A stretch of DNA of 64,000 nt, from NCBI GenBank assembly GCA_021613535.1, contig CP075494.1, positions 16,866,520 through 16,930,519 of the forward strand, written 5' to 3'. This document shows, piece by piece, positions 12,780 to 26,745 of the stretch. A model generated the notes under the pieces. It saw only the letters and a list, made by a program, of their open reading frames with translations, was not told the origin of the DNA and ran no database searches. Position numbers and translations under genes: made by a program. This DNA comes from Adineta vaga (lineage: Eukaryota > Animalia > Rotifera). Every line of letters starts with the position of its first letter. The stretch's first letter is position 1.

Positions 12780-15700
12780 TTATTGAAACCATTCCGGAAA
12801 ACGTGGTCGTGTTTTCAAAAACAGCTGATCCAGTCTTTCCATTTCGATAACTTGAGATTTAGATGGTTTCATCAGCAAAACTTTATGATCAAATGGCCGT
12901 AGAATAGCTAAATCGACCAAACGTTTTACATGAGATAGTGGTACGTAGACTGCTGCAATATCATCAGTTTCGTTTGGTAGTTTTAAATCAATAACCACTT
13001 TGCTCAATGTTTGACCTTGACTTTTATGAGTTGTAATACAATAAGCAGGTACAAGTGGTAATGCACATCGTTTAATTGATAAAACTGTCTTTTGATTTGA
13101 TTTTGGTTTCTTATCTTTTGGAATAAGATCAGCAACGTCAACCTGAAATGTTTGTTCTATCAATAGAATTGGTATAAGTTTGGGTTGAAGATCTTGAAGT
13201 TTGTATTCAATCTTCGATTTAACAATCTCAATTAAAGCATATATTGGTCGACGAATATATTGTGTATTATTCGGAAACATTTCTGATAAATTTCCTGTTG
13301 ATACCGAATCTTCATGATATACCAATTGTCGAAATATTCCATTTATGCCATTGATAAGACCTGATTCAGTAGCAATATTTTGCGTTAAAATGACAGGCAT
13401 TCCTGGTACAAAAGGCAGTAAACCAGTTAAATGCTCTGTCTTGCTATCAGATAATTCTAATAATTTTTTACGCAATATTGGATCTTCAATTGCTTTTTCC
13501 TTTACAAGTATCTTGAGCGACACATACCATCGGTGGATGTCCTGTTTGTGTTGCATTGTGAATTGCAGCTTTGTTGTTTAATTGTGTGCGAACTTCATTT
13601 CGAAACACGAGAATAGTAGCCTAAAAAAACAGATTAAAATAGTTCTTCCTTTATATGAAAAAGTTGATTTACTTTGTTCCATGGTGAATCACGTAGAGAT
13701 TCTATTGATGGTTGTCCAACAACTCGTGTCTGCAATAATTCATAATCGTCATAATTGCATTGTCCATGACGAAGCCGATCAAGTAATTGAAGATATCGTG
13801 TATTTTCTGTTCGCGTCTGTTGTGTAAGTTTGACCACACAATTCATTTGAAGAATTAAAGACCGTGAAACACGCTGTTGAATTTCTTTTTCAGATGGTAT
13901 TTTTCCTTGTTTCTTTTTTGATGGTAATGAAAAATCAGTATGCAATGGTGAATCATAAACAGGTCGATATTGTAAATAATTACCAAAGAAAATGATGTTT
14001 ACACCACCAAATGGAACTTGAGGATCGACATGTTTGGCAGAACAGATGATTCTATTGAGTTTTCCTAATAATGTTAAGCCAACCATACTCATTTCATCAA
14101 TTAAAAGGTATTCAACAGGTCTCCATTCGTTTTCAAGTTTGGAATCACCTGGTTCGCTGGTACGTGGCTTTCGTGAATTACGTTGTTCACCCAAAAATGA
14201 ATGAATTGTCATGCCATCAATTGCAGCAGCTGCAATTCCGATAGGTGCAAGTTTTCACATAATTTGCATTCTTTTTGTAACAAGAAAATATTTTGTAAGA
14301 GCACGAATCAATTGTGATTTGCCCGTTCCATCACATCCAGGTACACACATAATGAGTTGACCATTATTGTCACCTAAAATGGATTATTGAATCAAAGAAG
14401 TAATGATTTATTTCACGGAAATACCTGTACGACATCGACTATCACCATCGAGATGACTTGTTATTATCAAGAATGGCAGCTTTTTGTTCTTTGTTCAATG
14501 TAAATTCATCAATGATGCTACTTTGAGTTGAGTAATTGTTTCTAACTATAAGTACTGGAGGAATCGATGTATTTTTTTCGAAATTAGTTTGATTATCATA
14601 TGGATTGACTACCGTTACAACGGCGTGAGTCACATCATCAAAATTCAATATATCATCATCATTGTTATCTTTGCCCGAAATCAAACTGCGTCTAATTCGT
14701 TCTTTTTCAATCTTCAATTGATCTTGCCATTTTGAATTAAGTTTAATTAGATTAGACGTTGCAGAAATAAACGGTACAATTTGTCGATCAATACCCGTAT
14801 GTGAAACATGTTGATCTTGTTCTAAAACAGTTTATATTTTTTTCTAAATGATATGAGTCATAAACAATTAGCACTTACGATTTGTGTGATTGAAACGTCC
14901 AACTTTTTCGACGGCTTCAACTGTTTCTCGAATATACACATTTTCTGTTGATTTTTTCGTGGCATTAATTGCAGCAGCTGTATATTCATCTACACTGCCT
15001 ATTAGTTGAATCAAATCGTCGATATCATCCACTTCGTATTCACCATCAGCACCTTGATTTGATGGTAAAAATGTAGGTTCAATCGAATCATTATCGACTT
15101 GTGCTTCGGCAATAACTTTAAGCAGATGTTCATCACGATCTTTTTTACATTCATGTAAAAGTTGAATGTTTTCTATAATCTTCCATGAATGAGCAGAAAT
15201 CAAATCTTTTCGAGATTCGAATGCATCTTCCCATGTTTGATCGATGTCACAAAGAGCGATTACATTGCGCCATGGTACAAAAAGTGTGAGAAGTGCACGA
15301 TTGTATCGCTCTCGAGTATCATCGCGATCTTGTCGAGGAATTTGAGGACCATAAAGAACGGGTACATGAACTTCACTATATTTCATGAGTAGATGTGTTG
15401 TTGTTTGAGGATGTTCGTTTTCAAAAGAAAATCGTTCATTGCATGGTCGACCACTTTGATTATCTTGTCGTTCTTGTGCTGTAGAAGATTTTGATAAATA
15501 TCTTAAATCTGTTTCATTAATTTTTTTCTTATAAAATGTACTGACAAAATCATATAAACACGTGTTATTGAGTTTGTCTGAACGATATTGATAATCAATG
15601 CGTGTATTAACAAGAATGAAATTGCTTTTATTTTCCGTCGGTTGAACTTGAAATTGTTCTTCATCGTTTATTGCTTCATCATCAAACACATCTTCATCAT

Positions 15701-18700
15701 TAATTGCATCTATATGTGAAAAAAAACATACACGTTTTAACTATCGTTAATAAATGGTCTCATCATTTCATATACCAATAAGTAATCACATTCGTATAAT
15801 TCAACTTGCTTCGCGATATTTATCTATAGAAGCAGTACTGAGATCACATTAATACCTTCTCATCGAACATCACTTATTGATGACTTCGCTTCAAAGATGT
15901 ATTAAGTTGCTTGTTTCCTTTTCTTTTTCCTTTAATTTTTCACAGATTGATTGTTTGTATATTGAACGTTATCCTTCTTCCTATCATTCCTCTTTCCTTT
16001 CTGTTTTAACATATGCGTGTGCGGCTAATCAATTGTTATAGGTCAACTTTCTTTATGTTCAACTTGAGCCTATCGCTATCTCTTTTTCTTCCTCTTTCTT
16101 TCTCTCCTTCTCTCTTCTCTCTTCATCTCCTCTCTCTCTATGCGTCTCTCTCTCTGTACGTATAGAAAAAAAAGATTGTCACTGTATGAGAGTCAATTGA
16201 ATAATAAGCATATAAAAGGAATTAATTAGGCTTACCTTGCGATGTTGATTGAAGATTTTGTTTAGCACGCATTTCATTTAATTCACTTTGTAAAAATCGT
16301 TCGGTTAGAATCAAATAAAGACCTTGGAATTTATGTGTTGTGTAATGGTCGTCCCAATTCATGAGATAAGAAGCAAATTGCACACCAGATAATTCTTGTT
16401 GTGAAGCAAGTGCATTATAACAACGTAAAACGAGTTTACGTGATTTTTCAATGACATTTTCCGTGTCTACTTGGTTGTTTGGGTTTTGTAATGATGTAAT
16501 ACTTTTTTGAACAAGAGAAAATGTATCTTGAAATGAGAGACTCATTTTTGTGACATAATCGGTAATATAATAGACTAAAGCTTTGGTATCATTTCCAGTC
16601 CAAATAAATTTAATATCCATATTGGATCGACAAGCTGAGATAATATATTCATTGAAATTATTCATCCATGGATCTGATCGTTTCATCGAAATACCGCCAA
16701 TTTCTGAACCGATTGTTGATACTGGTACCTTTTTTCGTGGCATAATCGATCGACAAATCCTCTTGACACCCTTGCAGTATTTAAAACATGTACCACAGTG
16801 CCTATGAGTATTGCTAGATTCAGCAACTTGTGCTACATGTGCACAAAATTTTGATCGAAAATTAGGCGAGGATGGATTTGGAGTGGGTAAGCAAGCTGGT
16901 GGTAAGTTTGATTGATTAGATGACACATTCATACCTGAAAATACTTATAAATATTTTATTTTTATAAAATATTATTGTAACGTACCAAGTGTAGATCGAT
17001 TATGTGTTGGTGCTTGTGCCAATGGACTTGATGGTGATCGAGATGGAATCGATTGAGAAAGTAAATGCTGTTTAGTTGGCGTTGAAAAGAGAGGCGACGG
17101 ATGTGTATTTTTTGCATTGCCTGTCAAATCAATAGTACGTAAAGCAGCATAAATATTGTTTTGTGATGATGGTGGTTCTACTACAAATAAAGAAAGATGA
17201 ATGGTTGAATAAAATAAATATGTTTCATACCATCGGAAGATTCGATGACTTGTTTCTCTTTAAACTCATCTATATCTTCTTTGATGATATCTTCTAAATA
17301 TGCTATTAGCTTAGTGCGAAAAGTAGCATCTTGAATTTTTTCTTTCATATCAGCTGGTTTCATATCATGATCAAGCCAAATAAGAAGATGCAAGTGAAGT
17401 AAACCTCGGCCTTGACTTTCGACTGTACCAAAGTAAGCCTTTATTGGTCCAAGAACTCCACCCATTATCATAGTTTCCAAGATATTGCTGATTAATACAT
17501 GGAAAAATTTGGCAGTAGCAACAGGATGTGATGCTATAATTTCGGCTCTTCGATAAGTATCCATAAGTTGTTCATCTTTGATTTGATCAAGATTGAGTTG
17601 AACACCAGCAAAATATAATGCTACAGGACTATGAATATCGGCTGGATTTATGGTAAGAAATATACTAGGTACGCCTTGATTAAAAATAAGTGCATGTATA
17701 CGAGTACATAAAGCCGTTCGTGAATATGCTGATCCCATAACTCGACCACCGACAATTCTAATATGTTGTAAAAGTTTATTTAATGCACCATTTGCTTCTG
17801 TATTATATGTTCTTTTTGTATTGTTGTCAAGAGCCGCTTCAATATCTTTGCTTTTGATTGATTGAATTTCATTAGCTGATGCTTGAAAATATGGTTTTGT
17901 TGCGATTAATTGCGCATGAAAACAAGCGTCACGTCGTTGTAATAAGTTGAAGACTACGAATATGAAACTATGATTTGTTTCAAAGCGACGGTCATTATAA
18001 GATAATAGATAACGTATATGTTCTTTAAATTTAATTTCAATTGAACGTGATTGATCTTCAGGCGCGCCACGTCCATAGCAGAAAAGAGTTGGATATAAAC
18101 CAGTCAATAATTTTGGATTGAAATATTCATTGACAGGTTTCGATGAATCAGATCAGATAGGTGCCTTATCTGTTACAGACGTTGGCTAACATGATACGCC
18201 AATTTTTCCGCTCTTGAGCTGCGTGAAGAAAGTCTATCTTCGTGTAACCCTGTTTTTCAATCCAAAGGTTCATGTTTTCAAGATATTTGATTCTTGGTCG
18301 GGCTTTATCTTTCTTTCCATTGATTTTTCCACTCAATACCAGATGTTCCATGCAACCTTTACGGATTATGTGACCAAGGAATATCAGTTGCCTATAACGG
18401 ATGGTATTGATTAAAAATCTTTTCGATTTCGTTCTTTTTAATATTGACGCATTGGTTTCTCTAGCAGTCCAAGGTACATTGAGCATCCTTCTGAGAAACC
18501 ACATCTGAGTAGCCTCTAAGCGTTTTTCCATCTCTTTATTGATTGTCCAGCATTCAGATCCATACAAAAGAATCGACCATAAATAACATTTGAGAACTCT
18601 TATTTTAGTATTGATCGATATGGATCTGTTTTTCAAAATCGGACTCATCTTTTGGAAAGCTTGTTTGGAGAGAGCGATTCTCTTTTTGATATCTTCATCA

Positions 18701-21700
18701 CATCGGCCATCTGAGGTTATGATTGATCCCAAGTAGTTGAAGTGAGTGACTTGTTTGATTTGTGCACCATATATATTTACATTGCATGCCGGTGAAATTT
18801 TATTCTTTGAAATACTCATGCATTCTGATTTCTTGAGATTAAGTGATAGGCCCATTTTTGTACTCTCTGTCGAGACTATATTAATCATCTTCTGCAACTC
18901 TGCTTCAGTGCTTGCTATCAATACAGTGTCGTCTGCATATCTTAGGTTGTTACAGTTGTATCCTCCAATTTTTACGCCTTCAACATCTTCTAGATTTCTG
19001 AGTATCATTTCACTGTAGATGTTGAAGAGATCTGGAGATAGAACACATCCTTGTCTGACACCTCTCTTGATGTTTGTGTATTCACTTATATATCATTGTT
19101 TACTCTCATGGCGGCTTTTTGATACCAATAAAGATTTCGAATTAATCGTAGATCTTTGCCATCAATATCGAGTTTCTCCAAAATTTGGAGTAGACTGTCG
19201 TGTTTGACTTTATCAAAAGCTTTTGTGTAGTCAAGGAAACATAGGTATAAGTCATGTTTGACTTCAATTGATCTTTCGATTATCATTCGAAGGATGAAGA
19301 TTGCGTTTCTGGTGCCCTTGTCAGGCATAAAGCCATATTGTTCTTTTGCGATTTCTGGCGTGATTTTATTTTTCATACGCACTATCAGAATCTTAAGCAA
19401 AACTTTTGTAATATGACTCATGAGACTGATTGTGCGATGTAATTCACATTCAGTAGCTCCAGGCTTCTTTAGAAGTGTTATAAATATTGATTGTGTTAGA
19501 TCTTCCGGAATTTCACCTGTGTCATATATTTTGTTTATTAGTTTTGTCATGACATCTACACCTAATTCATCGAGACATTGAATCATTTCGATGGATATTT
19601 CATCTGGCCCTGTCGCTTTGTTTGTTTTCATTGATTTTATGGCCAGTCTTACTTCATCTTTCATTATTGGAGGCCCTTCTATATTTTTCTTTATGTTAGA
19701 CTTAGAAGCTCTATTATCATCGAAGAGTTCCTCTATATATTCTGACCACCTGTTCAGTATGTCACGTTTTTCCATTAGAACGGTTCCATTTTTCGATTTG
19801 ATACAACCTGAACTGGTGCATCTTGATTTTCCTGTTATTTCGTTGATCTTTTGATGAGCGAATTTGGTGTTTACACTCAACTTATTTTCGATCTCTGAAC
19901 ATTGTTCGTTCAACCATCTCTCTTTTGCCTCTGAACATTTCTTTTTGATTGACTTCTCTATCAATTGGTATTCGTGTGGGTTTGACTTCTTCAGTCGTCT
20001 TTGCTCCATTAGTTGTAAAATTTCATTAGTCATCCATCTTTTCTTTTTCTTTCAGATCTGCATCAGTTTTCAGAATGTGAACTTGAAGCTTTATATTTTT
20101 CTGTGGATGATTTATTCTTTTTAGTTTTACTCGAATTTTGCTAATAACTGGGACACGATCGCTACCGCAGTCCGCTCCAGGAAATGCTTTAGAGAAAATG
20201 ATTGCATTCCTGAATCGATGAGGGACCATAATGTAATCTATTTGATTTCTTGTCCGATCTCCTGGGCTTCGCCATGTCCATAGTCTACGTGGGTGATTTT
20301 TGAACCACGTGTTTGTGATTACGAGATTATGTGATTGGCACCAAGTTATTAAGTTATCTCCTCTATCATTTTTGTTTCCTAAATCAAAAGGTCCTACTGT
20401 ATTGCCAATTCTTTTATCTCCCACTTTTGCATTGAAGTCACCCATTACGTAAATGATATCATCAGACTTACATTGTTTGTAGGCTTTGTCTAGATCTTCA
20501 TAGAAGCTCGTGATTGCGTCATCATCATAATCGGCTCTTGGTGCGTAACATTGAATTAATGAAGTGTTAAAGGGTTTGCTGTGGTGTTTCACAAGAAGAA
20601 CCCTGTCTGAAACCGCCCAAAAGCCTTGCAAACTCTTGGAGGTTTCTTTGTCAAGAAGCATTCCTACTCCTTTCTCGTGTTTGTCTCCTCTAGAGTATAA
20701 TAAAAGAAAGTTATCCGTTGTAAAAGATCCAGCACCCAGCCATCTGACTTCAGATAAGCCTAACGCATTTATTTTCATCCGTTACATTTTGTTCTTTATA
20801 TTGTCTAATTTTTCTTTCTAAAAAATAGTTCTTACATTCCACGTTCCTATTTTGCGTGAGTTCTTGATTGGGACAGTAGCCTGTTGACGATCGAGGGTCA
20901 CCTGTCGTACATGACCACCTCTACCGAGCGAGTTGTTCTCTCTGAGAACCCCCTTCACGCTGTTATCTTTACTGGAAGTATTGACGTTTATCATGTTGTG
21001 CTTGGGAGTGTACAGCGGTGGTTTCCCCTTGCCTTCCGCCGGTTTGGAATGGTTTTCTCCATTTGATGAATTTGCTAGTCCTGGCTAGCGAGCTCCATCG
21101 GCCCAGGAGGAACCTTGTTTCTGGCGGCCAATACTCGCCCTGTCATCCTGTCGTCTTTGGGTTTCTGTGGCATTTTATAAGAGTTTTGGTTCCAAACAAA
21201 ACCCCACCACACTCTGCTGGCAAGAAGGCTGAGTATTGTCCGGGACTGTTTATTTGATCAATTGCTTGATCGTATTCGCAGCTAACCATCATACTAATGG
21301 CCGTTCCACTATCCGCAACCTGTGGATCCTCTTGGTAGCATCCAGCTTAGCCCCAAGTTTCGATGAATGTGCAATTAAATAGACGTTTTCAGTAACTGCT
21401 TGATCATTTGTTTTCATTTTCTGTAAAAAGTAATTGGTAATCTCATCTGATGAAACTGATGAGCCATTAACATCAAGAACACCACTACAATAGAGAAGCT
21501 ATATCAATTCATTGATTTATTAATTGCTCTTACCTGTTACTGATTGGTATGACATCTGCAGTAGTACGTTCTTGTGGATTCATTAATGGATCAGGAACAT
21601 ATCCATTTCTTTCAGATTGACCATCGTCATCACCTATCTTTTGTTCTAATGATGACATGATGCATTCTGGTACATCATCTTCGGGTAATTGAGCAATATT

Positions 21701-23940
21701 ATCTAGATTTATATTGATGTTGTGATAAAGTATGTTATATTTTTTCAACCATTGTAATGCTTCAATAATTTTTTTCTTGCGTACGGTTAATACTTTTCTA
21801 AGATGAAGACGATCGGGTGGCCGAGGTCCGATAAAAATTACTTTAAGTTTAACACAAAGATCAGTAAGTGTAGGTGGTAAACTATTGACGATATTTGGCA
21901 CATTTTGAAGAAAAGTAATACAATTTCCTTTCAGTGTCGTTTGAGCAGTTGTAGTTGAATGAAAAGGTGATTGAAGCTTTTTTATGCAACCTATTATGAC
22001 GATAGAGTGATATTAATTTTTCTTCTGGAATCGTCAATCCTTGTAATTCCTTAGGTATATCACCTAGCCACATGTTATTAGCAGCTGAAAACTTCGGTAC
22101 TTTTTCTTTTGAAAGAGAAGTGTGGCATTTTTGGCAAATAATACACATTTTCACCCTGTTTGTTTGAGATAAGTCACTTTTGTACAAGAGAATATCATTT
22201 TCACAGTGGAAAGATGATGAATTAAAATTTGACTGACCTAAAAAAACTGTAAGTTTTCTGAAGCCATTTAATTCTACATACTTTTAATATGTGATGTTGT
22301 ATGTGTATTGTTATCATTCATGAAAGTGGCAGTATTTTCGGTTGAGTTCTTAATTAGAAGTTTCAGATCTTCAGAAATTTTTAGCAAATTCATATTAGGA
22401 ATTTTTGAGATCGGTATTTTCTTTGAATTGTTTGCTGGAGCGCGAGTATTACAAACTGCACAAGTCGCTTCGACCAATTTTGACATAGACATCTGTTCTA
22501 AAAATTGTTGCAAACGGGTCTCTTTTAAATCACGAGGAATTGGTTCGGGCCAAGGTGGGCGAATAGAATTTTGTCCACCATCAACATGTTCATGTTTCCT
22601 TTTTGTTCCATTTGGCTTGACTTCGTTTCTTTTGTAGTGCGAGTCAAATCTGATGTTGTTCTTCTGATTCGTTTGTTCGAACGGACCGATTTTTTGCATT
22701 CATCTTCTCGAGTCGGATTTGCTGATGTTCTTCTGTTTCATTCATTCGACTGAATCGATTTCGTTCTCTTTTCTTTTGTAGTTGAGTCTGACGTCTTTCT
22801 TCTTTATCGTTTTTTTTCGTTTGCGTTGAACCTGAAATATTTGATTGAGCCACATAATTTCCGATGTTGTCTTCATTTCGCAAGCGTATGCTCGGAGAAG
22901 ATTGAAATTCAGGTATTCTTATTTCAGTAACACTATTATTCTTAAACGTTTTCTTTTCTGAAGTCTAATTAAAAGTTTCAATATTTTATATTTTTTTGTT
23001 TACAAATTGCTAACTTAGCACGGCAAGTGAAGTTGATTGACCGCTGAATTCATTAAGAATAGGTGGCGACAAAAGTGGAACAAAATGATTTGGCCTCCAT
23101 GTGCCATTGTAAATTTCTCGGACATGATTTTCATGCAAAGTATTTGACCATAAGATTGCAATGTTACAATTTCCAATAAAAGGTGGAATAGGTGAAAAGA
23201 CTGTATTCCAAATTGCCTGATAATATTGATAAAAATCAATTTTTGGATAAACACTTCATATGTTACATTGTAGTACATTGCATAATGCAGCAACTTCATG
23301 TATTTCCGAATACATCCCCTTTTTGCAAGCTGCTTGAAAAATAATATCGGTATTTCCTGCATATCGTGCATACATGGTATCGTAATGATTTTCATTAATA
23401 ATAAGTTCAATAACAGTTCGAACTAAACAAATTTCCAGAACTAAATTTAGCGCAACATGAAAGAAAAAGTCTATACCTCGCAATTCACTAGCCGTCACTA
23501 ATGGATTGTTCATCAAAAGAACAATAGAATAATATAAACAATTTCCATCACCAGGAACATCAGCAGGAACAAAATGATGTGTATCAGCAGTCGCTTTATC
23601 TAGATATTCCTTAGCGACCACATCTACTACATGCTTTGTTTCATCGAAAACATACTTCGGATAAAACTGAAATGGTTTCATAATTGAATCCATCTAGAAT
23701 ATTTCTATTTTTTTAAATTGAACTATCATTCAAATGAACTCACCTGTTTAATTCGTTGTGCAAGAGAATTGATTTCATCGCGGTTCATGACACTTTTAGA
23801 ACATGCTTCTAAACGCTGGAGTAAACGTTCAAATTTTAAACCACGACTCATTTGACTACATTGTGAGCAACAATAGCTTGCGCACAACATAGTGCAAAAA
23901 ACACATTGTTTATGCATATTTCGTATATGTATGATAATCT
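12780..23940 (-). pseudogene. Helitron/Helentron OTU-Rep-Pif1 helicase gene, multi-exon, with frameshifts, stops and an RTE insertion
   Basis: OTU-like GDGNCLY (~23540) and NHFVPLL (~23075); charged ETEEH repeats; Rep motifs FLTINPAD, ESQGRGLLHLH, YITDYVTK; helicase motifs GTGKS (~14320), LLIDEMSM, QYRPV, TTHKSQGQTL, YVPLS. Confidence 0.9.
18149..21356 (-). mobile_element. RTE-clade non-LTR retrotransposon (APE endonuclease + RT), near full length, frameshifted
   Basis: 12-bp TSD GTTTCGATGAAT (18137-18148, 21357-21368). EN motifs GTWNVRT, LSEVRW, MGDFNA, NQIDYI; RT motifs GVRQGCVLSP and YADD; short (TCTGA)2 tail. Excision restores the Helitron frame AHSSKPVNEYFNPKLLTGLYP. Confidence 0.95.
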
Positions 23941-25133
23941 AAAAAATACAAGATTTTTCATTAAAATCAGCCGTTTCAATATTTCTATTTAAAAATATTA
24001 TTGAAAGCTAAAGTATCCATGTTGTTTTTGGAGAAATTTGATATACTGTTAAATCAATAAATGCGATAAAAAAAGCAGTATTATCTATCCTTTAGATTTC
24101 CCCTTGAGCACTTGATTTTTCCGCATATTTTCCTCACTTTTGATATAATATGAAGGTAGAAATTTATCTACATAATATTCTATCTCATAATGAAAATCAT
24201 AAAAGCTAGCATGAACAAATTAAAGTTTTTGTTTGTGTTTTTTCCATATTCGGGAGCGTTTTTTCTTTTTCGATCTCATGGAAAAATAGCATGTTGTCCA
24301 ATGTTGAAAAACAGGAAGAATGATAGCAGAATGATCATTTTCTCAACTATATATATGAGCGATAAAAATTCAAAGTTTTGAAAAAAAACGGTCATTCCAT
24401 TTTTCAAAACAGTAAAAACGTCAGAATCTTATGCAACCCATGTATTTAAATGATAAGTGATAGATTTATTGTTCTAAATACAACTGATTATTCATAAAAG
24501 TATCTATGTGATTTATTGTGGTATAGTCAAATGGAAATATGAATCGATTCAAGAAGTTACGTGATGATCATTAATCATATATCATCTTATCTATCTATTT
24601 ATCTATGAGATGTCTCAGTTGAATTTTTCATTTTAAAAAAATAGCATTTCATTTTTTAAAAATAACTCTTATCCGTTGTTCTATATTAATAACGAAATAG
24701 AAATAATCAAATCAAATTAAAAATATGATATTTGATCGTTTTCTCATAGGAAGATTTTTTATCATAAAAATTGAACCATACAGCTATATCTATGTTCATT
24801 TCTTATGTTTAAATTAAGACAAATAATCTATCTATGAAAATGAATAGCAAAATACATGTTGAAAAAAAAACGATTTGCATATAATCGAAATCTCAAGACG
24901 TACACCAATGTAATCTTGAAAAAGAGAGCATAATAAAATACCGCTGTTCAACTTTTATTCAGTTCTGCATTTTGATCTGCTAAAATATTGTAAATATCCT
25001 ATTTCTCAAAAATTAAATTCAAATAGCATGTGAAAAGAATAAACGATAGATGTCAATAAATGTAAGAGGAAGAAAAAAGAAATGAAACGTTCAACTTCTT
25101 ATTTGTTAACTTCCTTCCAGTATGAAGGAGATA

Positions 25134-26745
25134 TCCACGGAAAATTTTTTAAACAAATACCGCTAACAAACGCGGTATTTTCATAGCAGCTGCGGTTGTA
25201 CCATTAAACACCGCGGAATCGCGTAGAAACCGTCGTTAACCGCGGTATGGTGCACCGTTATGTAAGTTTACCGCGGTTACATCAAACGGAACCGCAATGT
25301 AGAGCACCGGTGAAAATCGCGATTTCAAAAATTGCGATGAGATATAGATAAGTCGCGGTGTTCAATAAACGCCATCTGTCATAACTATTTTTGACGGTCT
25401 TTTCATTACAAACCGCGATTTGTAGACTTTTTCCAGAGATAATATTATTCAAAGTATGACAATCTTATTATTTTGCTTGATATTTTCATATTATTCTTGT
25501 GATGATAATATGTAACAAAAGTTTCTTCACATAAAATTATAATTTGATAAAAAAACGATTAAATTTAAATTCCCTTTTCTTTCTCATATAAAATAAAAAG
25601 AAAATTATAGGACCATTTCAAATACAGAAATACACATTTTTTATCTAAATCGTGATAAACTCTGTGTGTATATTATTACTATCCGCTTCAAGTTTTAATG
25701 TGAAATAGATTCAAAAAATAATAATCCTGTAAGTCGAAATGTGAGAAAAATATTTTTGAGTTAAATAAATATGTAATTCAAATAAACAGCAGTTTGATCT
25801 AATATTAAATGGAATAAAAAGATAATCATGTAAAATTCATAATCATAGTATTGGTCAGATTTTATTTCAACGATTACTAATAATAATATCTACGAAGTAG
25901 TAAATACTTTGGTATAATATTGACACAAGTATATCTCTTCAATTTCGATTGATAAAAGTCAAATATACCTATCAAAAAGTTATTATGTATCTTTCGAAGA
26001 GTATATCTACATCTATGCTAAACTACAAGAAAAGTACATCTAAACTTTTCACAATCGTATAATACCGTGATTTATTAACTAAATATTTAATTAAATCAGC
26101 TTTTAATTTAGTTAGTATTTATTGGAATAGATTGAGCATTCATACGCTAATACAATCTTTAGTATAAACAATAAATAACACCTTTCCAATCGATATCATT
26201 CATCGTCAACTTGAACATCGCAAGAAGTTTCATAAAAATTACAGAGATGGTAAAAATATTTCTAATAATTCTAAGACTTTCATAAAACTATTAGAAACTG
26301 AGATATATTCGACTAAATCGAAAGATTTTATATCACAGATCAAATAGACTATCATATTTAATCTTATTATAAACATCATCAGATGGTTCAATGGAATAAA
26401 TGGATGGTAATCACAAGGTAAGGCGTTCGGATCTAATCAGAGGAACTTGAATAAAAATTAGATAGTGGTGTTTAATGAGTTGAGCGAGGTATTAGATGAC
26501 TGAGTGAAGATAGTAGATAGGTTGCCAGCATAGGATGGATGTCAGAAATGATATACCATCATTATGGCATATTTATTATTTTTCTTTGAAACCGTCAATA
26601 ACCGCGGTTTGCTATACCGCGGTTTCGGGCGGTGTGGAAAAACCTAATAAAAGGTCTGACTTTTGCGGCTTAATTTAACCGCCAAAATGAACGTTGCCCT
26701 GCACCGCGATTTACAGCGGTTTTTGTCGAAAAATTTTTCCGTGGG
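25134..26745. mobile_element. Non-autonomous TIR element (CMC/EnSpm-like) nested in the Helentron
   Basis: Imperfect ~45-bp TIRs (T/C)CCACGGAAAA(A)TTTTT..ACCGC, TA on both flanks, many sub-terminal ACCGCGG motifs at both ends. Confidence 0.7.
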
